In this document: piece by piece, positions 25,128 through 32,000 of the stretch | Position numbering within the stretch: position 1 is the first letter of the stretch | How the letters are laid out: every line of letters begins with the position of its first letter | Source: Candidatus Saccharimonas sp. | GTDB lineage: Bacteria > Patescibacteriota > Saccharimonadia > Saccharimonadales > Saccharimonadaceae | DNA length: 32,000 bases | Direction: 5' to 3' | NCBI GenBank assembly: GCA_015256915.3 | Contig: CP076101.2 | Span: 120,001 to 152,000 of the forward strand | Position numbers and translations under genes: made by a program | Notes under the pieces: model-generated | What the model was told of the DNA's origin: nothing | The model's database searches: none | What the model saw: the letters and a program-made list of their open reading frames with translations, nothing else

Positions 25128-27374
25128 ATGAAAAACGGGGAAAATTTTAATTCTGCGGCAGACGCAAGCAAGTCTTTCGAAGACGCTTATGGTTCTTGGG
25201 ATACTCTTCGTGAAGAATTGAACCAAAAACAAGAAGCAAAAGCCGAGGCCGATGCTTTTAAGAAGCGCGAAGAAGAATTGAAGAAAGGTGCAAAAAAATT
25301 CGATAAATCTGTTCGCGATGCAATTCATAAAGGTGATAAAGTTGCTTTTGATGAAATGATGGAGCGCGACGAACACTACCGCCAAATGGAAAATAGTGAA
25401 AATCGAGTTGAAAGCGAACAACCTTATGAAATTTCTACTCTTTCAAAAGAAGAAATGGATCAAGCTGTAGGAGCGAGTTCAGAAATTCAAAGAATGAATT
25501 CGTTGGCTAAAATGATTCAAAATGCGGAAAGTGAAGAAGCTAAAAATAAATATCGTCAGCAATTGATTGAGGCTTCTAATGATTTTTCAAAAAATGGTGT
25601 AAATTTTGACGGTTTAAAAAATAAGCTTGAAGATAGATTTATCTGGGAATATTCGAAAAAACCAGAATATCGACAAAAGGTTCTTGATACAATTTGGGAA
25701 AATGCAATGGCAGAGCCTGATGCTAAAAAATCGAATCCAGATGATGGCGCAAAAAACGAAGCATTAAATAATGGTGATGATGCGGAAAAGCAAAAACCGG
25801 AAGTGATTGAACTTTCAGATGCTGAGAAGAAATTCGATGAATTGTTTTCGAAAGATGTAAGCGCCGAAGAGCTAGCGCGATTTCGCCGACAAGTTCGTTC
25901 AGAGTTGATTCAAAAAAATGAATTAACTCCTGAGAATGAAGCAATGCTTGAACGAATGCTAGAAGTTAGCCTTGCAGTTGGCAACCAAGAGCGAGCGCTC
26001 AATAAAGCTAATTCTTCAATTGATACTGATTCGAATATTGAAAAAAAAGTAAGTATATTCCGGAAAATTGGACACAGAATTATGAAATTTGGTGCATTGG
26101 GAATACTTGCTGTGACGATTTTTGGAGTTGGAAGACAGTCTTCTGAAGGTCCTAAGTCAAACGATAATTCTCCTCAAACTGAACAAACTTTTTCCGGCAC
26201 TGTTCATGCAAATAGCCTAAATGGAGCTGCAAACTTCAATAGTGATGGTTCTGTGATTGAGAGTGAAAAGAACTTTAATAATGGTAAATATGACTCTGAG
26301 AATGATGATTATAATAAGATCGATCAAAAAGAGAATAAATATTCCATTGGAACGGACACCTCAAAACTTTCAAACGAAGAGTATCAAAAGAAAATGATCG
26401 AATCTCACAACGAAGACGATATTGAATATATGGGACAATTCTTCATTAACGATGCCGAATCTGCTCAAAATCTACTTGGAATTTCGAATAATGAGGTTGA
26501 TGCTTTGGTTGATGCTGCTCGAGATGGCGATCAGACAGCTTTCAAGAAATTGAATGATGCATATTCGAAATATATGGAAGGTGCTAAAGTTGTTGGAAAT
26601 CAAACTTTGGATGGTGATTATTACTCGCTATTTATAAATACTAATAAAGATTATGCTCATGCCGAAGGTGCATTTGGCGGAACAGCTCGTGTGGTTGAAT
26701 TGAAGAATGGGCAACAAATTTTGATTCGTGATCAGTGTAGGCAAATGGTTATGAAGAAAATTGCGGAAGTTCCAAACACTTGGACAACTCCAAAAATTCC
26801 ATTCGAAGAAACTTATACTCCACCAACTCCAGATACTGAAAAACCACCAGCACCTACTCCAGAAACTCCACCTGAGACACCTCCAGAAACTCCACCTGAG
26901 ACACCTCCAGAAACTCCACCTGAAAAACATGATGATACTAAATTTAAGACTGATCAGTCTATCTATAATATAGATAATGCGGTTACTAGAATGGATAAAG
27001 GTGAATTAATAGGTGAAGCTTCTCAAGAGGAAAGAAACAATAATATAAATCCTGAAGTTACTCCTGGAACAACAACCAGCAAAATAAAAGCTGAAGGTAT
27101 TGATGAATCTATAGATGTCTCAAAAATAGGTGAGCAACCAGGTGAATATACTGGCGAAACTACTGCAGAAGCTCAAGCGCAAGCTGCGGAACAAGCTAGA
27201 CAAGCACAGGCTGAAGCTGAAGCTAAGGCTCGCGAGGCTGAACAAGCACAGAACAAAACTGTAAATATTGGTGGTGAAACTGTGAATTATAACGATGTTT
27301 GGGCAGCTCAACAAAATTATAACCAAACATATGGCTCTTCAGCTGCTACAAATCAAAATAATACACAACAATAA
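25128..27374 (+). CDS. Bitopic membrane protein: charged coiled-coil-like N-terminal half, one TM, extracytoplasmic domain with a PETP repeat stalk and an AEAQ-rich tail
   Basis: A single hydrophobic segment FGALGILAVTIFGV lies near aa 322-338. (PETP)x5 lies at about aa 578-598. SD AAGGA. No recognisable catalytic motif. Confidence 0.8.
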   Translation: MKNGENFNSAADASKSFEDAYGSWDTLREELNQKQEAKAEADAFKKREEELKKGAKKFDKSVRDAIHKGDKVAFDEMMERDEHYRQMENSENRVESEQPYEISTLSKEEMDQAVGASSEIQRMNSLAKMIQNAESEEAKNKYRQQLIEASNDFSKNGVNFDGLKNKLEDRFIWEYSKKPEYRQKVLDTIWENAMAEPDAKKSNPDDGAKNEALNNGDDAEKQKPEVIELSDAEKKFDELFSKDVSAEELARFRRQVRSELIQKNELTPENEAMLERMLEVSLAVGNQERALNKANSSIDTDSNIEKKVSIFRKIGHRIMKFGALGILAVTIFGVGRQSSEGPKSNDNSPQTEQTFSGTVHANSLNGAANFNSDGSVIESEKNFNNGKYDSENDDYNKIDQKENKYSIGTDTSKLSNEEYQKKMIESHNEDDIEYMGQFFINDAESAQNLLGISNNEVDALVDAARDGDQTAFKKLNDAYSKYMEGAKVVGNQTLDGDYYSLFINTNKDYAHAEGAFGGTARVVELKNGQQILIRDQCRQMVMKKIAEVPNTWTTPKIPFEETYTPPTPDTEKPPAPTPETPPETPPETPPETPPETPPEKHDDTKFKTDQSIYNIDNAVTRMDKGELIGEASQEERNNNINPEVTPGTTTSKIKAEGIDESIDVSKIGEQPGEYTGETTAEAQAQAAEQARQAQAEAEAKAREAEQAQNKTVNIGGETVNYNDVWAAQQNYNQTYGSSAATNQNNTQQ
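26859..26923 (+). repeat. In-frame tandem repeat, 24-bp unit x about 2.7
   Basis: CCAGAAACTCCACCTGAGACACCT is repeated at 26859, 26883 and 26907 (the last is partial). It encodes PETPPETP. Confidence 0.9.
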
Positions 27375-27391
27375 AATAAAAAAGGTAAGAA

Positions 27392-28828
27392 ATGTTAGTA
27401 AAAAATAAATTACAAATTTTGGGGGTTGCGGCATTCGCAGCCCTCATCGGGGCGGTAGCTTTAGGCGGAAGTGCTTTCGCTTATGGTCCAGAAAGGAAAA
27501 CCTTCACTGCCGAAAACCCTGCCGACTATGTAACATTTAACTCTATTACAAATAATCCAACCGTTGGGGATGAACGAAATTTTGTTCGAGTTCGTCAAGC
27601 TGGCGTGGGAAATTTTGTTGATAGTATTGATATTGTACCTGGTCGAGAATACGAAGTTTATATCTATTATCACAATAATGCAAAAAGCTCTTTAAATTCA
27701 AAAGAGAATAGCTATCGTGGAATTGCTTTAGGTGCAAAACTTAATACAATTGTTCCTTCAGCTATTGTGAAAGGTAAAGAGGGTCTTGTGCGGGCAGAAA
27801 TTACCGCTCGAAACGCCCGACCACAGAAAGTTTGGGACCAAGCTGTTTTGCGTTCTCCTTCGCGAGATGTTGCTTTGAGATATATTCAAGGCTCAGCTAA
27901 AATTACAACAAAAGGTGCAGCAAATGGTCAAATCTTGAATGGAGGAAATCTATTCGGTTCTGGCACAAACCTTGGTTATGATAGCTTAAATGGAATACTC
28001 CCTGGATGTGACCAATATTCAGGTGTTATAACTTATCGATTCAAAGCAGATTATGCAGATTTCGAAACAACTAAAACAGTTTCGAAAGCTGGTGCAAATA
28101 ATTTTGCAAAAAATCAAAATATTGGTTTAAATGATGAAGTTGAATTTAAAATCACTTATAAGAACACTGGAACAATTTCACAAAATAATGTAAATATTAA
28201 AGATTTACTTCCTGCTGGATTAGTTCTTATTCCTGGAACAACTCGAATTACAACTCCATCAGATGCTGCTGGTAAAATCTTGAGTGATAATATTGTGAAA
28301 TCTGGAGTTAATATCGGAAATTACTCGTTTGGTGGTTCTGCAACGATAACCTTCCGTGCAAAAATTGATGCTTCGAAATTAATTTGTGGAAACAATACAA
28401 TCACAAATACGGCTCAAGTTTTAACTGAAAACGGCGGAAAGTCTGATAAAGCAACTATAACTGTGCAAAAAAATTGTACACCGCAAGAACGCAAAGAATT
28501 TTGTGAAATTCCTGGAAAAGGAAACTTAAAGAAGAATGACCCAAATTGTAACGATAAATGTAAAATTACGGGTCTTGAAAATCTTGCAGCTAATGATCCG
28601 AAATGTGCTGAAGTTCCAAGTGAACTACCACATACTGGTCCTGCTGAGGCTGCAATGATGGTGATTGCGATTATGGCGATTACTGGTGCCGTAGCCTACT
28701 GGTACCGAAGTCGTGAAGAAATGAAAAAAGCAACTGCTGAATTTACGAAAAAAGCAAATGATGTTGTTAAATCTGAAGCGACAAAAACTCATGAAGCTAA
28801 AAAATCTGAAAAAGTAGAGAAAAAATAG
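27392..28828 (+). CDS. Secreted cell-wall-anchor-type surface protein (DUF11-like repeat domain, LPHTG motif)
   Basis: Signal peptide ...GGSAFA/YG. DUF11-like segment EFKITYKNTGT...ITNTAQV. LPHTG at 28625-28639, then a TM segment, RSREE, and an extra 35-aa Lys-rich tail. Confidence 0.85.
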   Translation: MLVKNKLQILGVAAFAALIGAVALGGSAFAYGPERKTFTAENPADYVTFNSITNNPTVGDERNFVRVRQAGVGNFVDSIDIVPGREYEVYIYYHNNAKSSLNSKENSYRGIALGAKLNTIVPSAIVKGKEGLVRAEITARNARPQKVWDQAVLRSPSRDVALRYIQGSAKITTKGAANGQILNGGNLFGSGTNLGYDSLNGILPGCDQYSGVITYRFKADYADFETTKTVSKAGANNFAKNQNIGLNDEVEFKITYKNTGTISQNNVNIKDLLPAGLVLIPGTTRITTPSDAAGKILSDNIVKSGVNIGNYSFGGSATITFRAKIDASKLICGNNTITNTAQVLTENGGKSDKATITVQKNCTPQERKEFCEIPGKGNLKKNDPNCNDKCKITGLENLAANDPKCAEVPSELPHTGPAEAAMMVIAIMAITGAVAYWYRSREEMKKATAEFTKKANDVVKSEATKTHEAKKSEKVEKK

Positions 28829-28841
28829 TTTCGAAAACTGA

Positions 28842-28873
28842 ATAAACCTCGTATAAGCGGGGTTTATTTTTTT
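28842..28873 (+). terminator. Rho-independent terminator
   Basis: ATAAACCTCG / CGGGGTTTAT stem (one G-U pair) followed by a T7 run. Confidence 0.7.
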
Positions 28874-28996
28874 CGGCTTTACTGGACTTACTTTAAAAAG
28901 TTAGTAAAATGATTATGTCGCACAATTTAAATATTAAGCTTTTTGTCGAATATGCCAACCCTAAAATATATATAGTTAAATCTATGAATGAAAAAT

Positions 28997-29031
28997 AAAA
29001 AACTAGCCCTTGAGTAGAGAGCTAGTTTTTT
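28997..29031. terminator. Bidirectional terminator downstream of rplU
   Basis: AAAAACTAGC / GCTAGTTTTT stem with an A-run on one side and a T-run on the other. Confidence 0.6.
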
Positions 29032-29052
29032 GAATGGCTGGCCGCCTTTTAA

Positions 29053-29361
29053 TTATTTAATTGAAGCAATTTCAATTTTAGTGTATTTTTGACGATGTCC
29101 GTTTTCTTTGTGAACTCGTTTTTTAGCCTTGTAACGGATCACACGGATTTTTTCGCCCTTAACAAGTTCGTCAACAACTTTAGCGGAAACTTTCACGCCT
29201 TTCACAACAGGAGTTCCAACTTCCACTTTGTCGCCATTAATAAGCATCAAAGCATCAAGTTCGAGCTCTTTTGTTCCTTGCGGGAGGAGGTCCACCAGAA
29301 GGGTCTCTTTTTCGCCAACGATAAATTGTTTACCGCCAACTTTTATGACTGCTTTTTTCAT
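29053..29361 (-). CDS. rplU: 50S ribosomal protein L21
   Basis: MKKAVIKVGGKQF.V..... and the basic C-terminus RVIRYKAKKR..K..GHRQ. SD GAGGA. Confidence 0.93.
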   Translation of the reverse strand: MKKAVIKVGGKQFIVGEKETLLVDLLPQGTKELELDALMLINGDKVEVGTPVVKGVKVSAKVVDELVKGEKIRVIRYKAKKRVHKENGHRQKYTKIEIASIK

Positions 29362-29432
29362 AAAATCCTCATTAAATTTAATATCTTTATTATTTTATCA
29401 TAGTTTTAAGTTTAAATCAAGGGTAAAATAAG

Positions 29433-29461
29433 TTGAAAAAGGTAGTGCTTTGTGCTAAAAT
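29433..29461 (+). promoter_or_regulatory. Sigma70-type promoter for the collagen-like gene
   Basis: TTGAAA-17 nt-(TGC)TAAAAT. Confidence 0.55.
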
Positions 29462-29505
29462 GGTTGTAATTAATATTGTAGGAATAAATTAAAGAGAGGG
29501 ACTTT

Positions 29506-30459
29506 ATGGAGAGAGATAAATATGCTTCTAAACGGGCGTTAAGGGTTACAAACGTTGCTTTGATTATTTTATTGATCATTGTGTTGCTATTTTGGTGGCG
29601 CGGATCTTCGAATTTTCAATTTAAAGGTGTAAATCCTGGACAAATTAGTATTCGCCAGCAAGATGGAAAAATTCAATATCAGTTCTTGGACGGCGAATGG
29701 CAAGATATTACATCTGTTGCTAGTCTTAAAGGCGAAAAAGGAGCTGATGGAAAAAATGGACAAGATGGCAAGAACGGTGTCGATGGAAAAAATGGCGTTA
29801 ATGGCTTAAACGGTTCGAATGGTACTAACGGAGTTAATGGTATTGACGGGAAAAACGGGCTAAACGGCGCACAAGGAATCCAAGGCCAAAAAGGTGACCG
29901 AGGTGAAAAAGGTGAGCAAGGCGCACAAGGAATCCAAGGCCAAAAAGGTGACCGAGGTGAAAAAGGTGACACCGGAGCTAAGGGCGAACAAGGAATTCAA
30001 GGTATTCAGGGCATTGCTGGAGTTGGTATACCTCAAACTCTAAGCTTAAATAATGGCATTCTTTCGCTTTCTCATGGGGGTGGAAGTATAGCGTTGCCAA
30101 ATAATAATCTTGGTGCTTACTCTGTATTTCGAATGACTTCTGCTGATACTTCAAATGTTTTCGCTTCCGGAAGACTTGCACGAGAATTTGACGCTAATCG
30201 AAACTACATGATAATCAATAACGCAACAGGTCAAGGCTTTATTCACGTTGATTTCTGGGCGAGTTCGGTTTCTGATAGTAAGCAAATTCTAAGCCTACCA
30301 GCCAATGCTCCTACACCAAAAGAACTTTCTGAAGTCCAGTTGTTCGATGGTGGTAGTGTTTGGATTGTGCCGGGTGCTAAAAATGTACAGATTCAAGGTC
30401 TTTCACCAAATAGGCGATATGTTAATAACATTCCAGTAATGGTTGAGCCTATCAAATAA
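29506..30459 (+). CDS. Membrane-anchored collagen-like (Gly-X-Y) protein with a C-terminal globular domain
   Basis: N-terminal TM VALIILLIIVLLFWW. 33 uninterrupted G-X-Y triplets (nt 29731-30027). A roughly 140-aa C-terminal domain starts IPQTLSLNNGILSLSHGGGSIALP. Confidence 0.85.
   Translation: MERDKYASKRALRVTNVALIILLIIVLLFWWRGSSNFQFKGVNPGQISIRQQDGKIQYQFLDGEWQDITSVASLKGEKGADGKNGQDGKNGVDGKNGVNGLNGSNGTNGVNGIDGKNGLNGAQGIQGQKGDRGEKGEQGAQGIQGQKGDRGEKGDTGAKGEQGIQGIQGIAGVGIPQTLSLNNGILSLSHGGGSIALPNNNLGAYSVFRMTSADTSNVFASGRLAREFDANRNYMIINNATGQGFIHVDFWASSVSDSKQILSLPANAPTPKELSEVQLFDGGSVWIVPGAKNVQIQGLSPNRRYVNNIPVMVEPIK
29866..29969 (+). repeat. Perfect 50-nt direct duplication with a 54-nt period inside the Gly-X-Y region
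   Basis: GGCGCACAAGGAATCCAAGGCCAAAAAGGTGACCGAGGTGAAAAAGGTGA occurs at 29866-29915 and again at 29920-29969. Confidence 0.9.
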
Positions 30460-30465
30460 TATAAA

Positions 30466-30493
30466 AAAGAGCGTCTAAAAAGGCGTTCTTTTT
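30466..30493 (+). terminator. Rho-independent terminator
   Basis: AAAGAGCGTC / GGCGTTCTTT stem (two G-U pairs) followed by a T-run. Confidence 0.6.
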
Positions 30494-30521
30494 AAAGGTT
30501 ATGGTTTTTTTAAAAAAAATA

Positions 30522-30530
30522 TGATATAAT
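30522..30530 (+). promoter_or_regulatory. Extended -10 element for parAB
   Basis: TGA-TATAAT, then 9 nt, then ATG(30540). No SD. Confidence 0.45.
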
Positions 30531-30539
30531 ATAATTATT

Positions 30540-31310
30540 ATGAAGGTAATTTCGATAACCAATCAAAAGGGAGGAGTCGGCAAAACAACCAGCGCTATTA
30601 ATATTGCTTATTTTATCGCAAAAAAGGGTTTTCGAACGCTTCTTGTAGATTTTGACCCACAAGGAAATGCAACTAGCGGTCTTGGTATTGACAAGAATAA
30701 TCTTGATTTTACTATGGCAGATGTAGTTTCTGGTGAAAAGCAGTTAGGTGAAATCATTATTGAAACAGAATTTTCGAAATTAAAAATTGCACCAAGTACA
30801 CCGATTTTAGCTAATGCTGAAGTTGAGCTCGCGTCAGCAAAAGGTCGATTTACTCGATTGAAAGATGCTTTAAAATCTGTCGAAGCCGATTTTGACTATG
30901 TTATTTTAGATTCTCCACCAAGTTTGAGTCTATTGACTGTGAATGGTTTTATTGCTAGCGATTATTTAATACTACCAGTTCAGGCTGAATTTTATGCGAT
31001 GGAAGGCCTTGGCCAGCTTCTTGAAAGCATGAAGCTTGTGAAAAAGGGGATGAATCCAAACCTTGAGCTTCTTGGGGTTCTTCCAACAATGGTGGATTCT
31101 CGCACAACTTTGGGTGGGCAAGTCCTTGAAGAAATTAAAAAATTCTTTCCAGATAAGATTTTTTCGAATGCAATTCCGCGGAATATTCGTCTTGCAGAAG
31201 CTCCAAGTCATGGTGTTCCTATTGGTGTTTATGATAGGTTTAGTAAGGGGGCTCGTGCTTATAAAGCAGTTTCGAAAGAGATTATTCAGCGTATAGAAGG
31301 GAGCAAATAA
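30540..31310 (+). CDS. parA: Chromosome partitioning ATPase ParA/Soj
   Basis: Deviant Walker A NQKGGVGKTT and DSPPSL. Followed by parB. Confidence 0.94.
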   Translation: MKVISITNQKGGVGKTTSAINIAYFIAKKGFRTLLVDFDPQGNATSGLGIDKNNLDFTMADVVSGEKQLGEIIIETEFSKLKIAPSTPILANAEVELASAKGRFTRLKDALKSVEADFDYVILDSPPSLSLLTVNGFIASDYLILPVQAEFYAMEGLGQLLESMKLVKKGMNPNLELLGVLPTMVDSRTTLGGQVLEEIKKFFPDKIFSNAIPRNIRLAEAPSHGVPIGVYDRFSKGARAYKAVSKEIIQRIEGSK

Positions 31311-32000
31311 TGGCAAAAAAAGGACTTGGTCGTGGATTCTCTTCTTTGATTCCAACCGAGATGATTATTGATGAAAAAATCGATTCAGAATTGGGTTTAG
31401 AATATGATAAAAGCCAACTAAAAGAACTAAAAATTAGTGATATTTCGCCTGATCCAGAGCAACCTCGCCGACACTTCAATAAGGAAAAGCTTGAAGAACT
31501 CGTGAACTCAATTAGAATTCATGGTGTTTTACAACCGATTGTAGTCGTTCGAAAAAACTCTAAGTTTTTAATTGTTGCTGGTGAGAGGCGTTATCGCGCC
31601 TCAAAGCTCGCGGGGCTAGAAAGGGTTCCTGCAGTTGTTCGTGAGCTTTCTGACCAGAACCGCCTCGAATTAAGTTTGATTGAAAATATTCAGCGCGATA
31701 ATTTAAATGTTCTTGAAATGGCTGAAGCCTATTTAAAACTTCGTGAACAATTTAATTTAACGGCAAAGGAAATTGGTGAACGCGTTGGTGGAAGGAGCGA
31801 AAGTGCAGTTTTAAATACCTTGCGCTTATTAAAACTTCCACAAATTGTTAAAGACTATATCATTTCTGGCAAACTAAAAGAAGGCCAAGCGCGCCCACTT
31901 TTAAAGATTGATGAGGAAACTATCAAAAAAATTCTACCAAAAATTATTGAAGAAAATTGGAGCTCACGTAAAATTGAACAATTCTTGGTGAATTATAAAA
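31310..32000 (+). CDS. parB: Chromosome partitioning protein ParB/Spo0J, partial; continues past the window end
   Basis: My own translation gives MAKKGLGRGFSSLIP..., QPRR.F, GVLQPIVV and IVAGERRYRA. The ATG overlaps the parA stop (TAATG). It is absent from the ORF track because there is no stop in the window. Confidence 0.92.
   Translation, partial: MAKKGLGRGFSSLIPTEMIIDEKIDSELGLEYDKSQLKELKISDISPDPEQPRRHFNKEKLEELVNSIRIHGVLQPIVVVRKNSKFLIVAGERRYRASKLAGLERVPAVVRELSDQNRLELSLIENIQRDNLNVLEMAEAYLKLREQFNLTAKEIGERVGGRSESAVLNTLRLLKLPQIVKDYIISGKLKEGQARPLLKIDEETIKKILPKIIEENWSSRKIEQFLVNYK

Noticed and set aside
26628-26930. Repetitive minus-strand ORF (WSFWRCLR repeats), and the similar 29679..29972 minus-strand ORF (SPFSPRSPFWPW repeats).
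   Set aside because: These are mirror images of the in-frame PETP and Gly-X-Y coding repeats on the + strand.
28915-28998. 27-aa ORF (MSHNLNIKLFVEYANPKIYIVKSMNEK) in the spacer before rplU.
   Set aside because: It has no SD, is very short and lies in AT-rich intergenic sequence next to a terminator. There is no basis for calling it coding.
28829-29361. rplU is monocistronic, bounded by a bidirectional terminator, without the usual downstream rpmA.
   Set aside because: It is real as an observation, but gene-order variation of this kind is common in reduced genomes and is not informative on its own.
26859-29969. A possible CRISPR array suggested by the direct repeats.
   Set aside because: The repeats are contiguous in-frame coding tandem repeats without spacers, and there are no cas genes.
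30540-32000. Search for a parS site (TGTTTCACGTGAAACA-like) in or near parAB.
   Set aside because: I found no close match by eye. The nearest palindromic piece, around 9381-9405, is inside a coding region and diverges from the consensus.
1-32000. Alternative genetic code (UGA recoding, as in some candidate phyla).
   Set aside because: All conserved genes are intact under the standard code and TGA terminates genes (for example the GT4 gene at 12112-12114), so a code 4 or code 25 reading is not supported.

Overview
This is a low-GC, gene-dense bacterial chromosome segment of about 30 CDS, mostly on the + strand, read with the standard genetic code (TGA is used as a stop, for example at 12112-12114). 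The content looks like a reduced-genome Gram-positive-type organism, possibly Patescibacteria/Saccharibacteria-like; that placement is inference only.

Core housekeeping genes: ROK kinase, rpsA, infB, fmt-def, priA, recJ, a GT4 glycosyltransferase, a TM2 protein, rpsU, yqeY, adk, map, a CDF transporter, tRNA-Thr(UGU), tRNA-Tyr(GUA), ftsA-ftsZ-nrdR, type-2 ileS, rplU and parA-parB.

Accessory or unusual parts:
1. A small Gly/Asp/Asn-rich gene is interrupted at a T8G7 slippery tract (6508-6522).
2. An nrdR homolog lacking all four zinc-ribbon cysteines is translationally coupled to ftsZ, and a Cys-less thioredoxin-fold ORF follows it.
3. An AT-rich segment with AGA/AGG-type Arg codons (about 19.3-21.5 kb) carries two small membrane ORFs, a 28-bp direct repeat and a roughly 180-nt T-box-like leader. 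The leader has an AUC specifier, a UGGU bulge and a terminator. It is followed by a PD-(D/E)XK-like gene wedged between the leader and ileS.
4. A cell-surface cluster (24.5-30.5 kb) holds an acidic protein, a 748-aa bitopic protein with a PETP repeat stalk, an LPHTG/DUF11-type wall protein with an abnormally long tail, and a membrane-anchored collagen-like protein.

Window-wide signals: the palindrome TTCGAA/TTTCGAAA is strongly over-represented, and many first-in-operon genes have consensus promoters abutting the ATG, which suggests leaderless mRNAs.

I saw no CRISPR array, rRNA, transposase or integrase.
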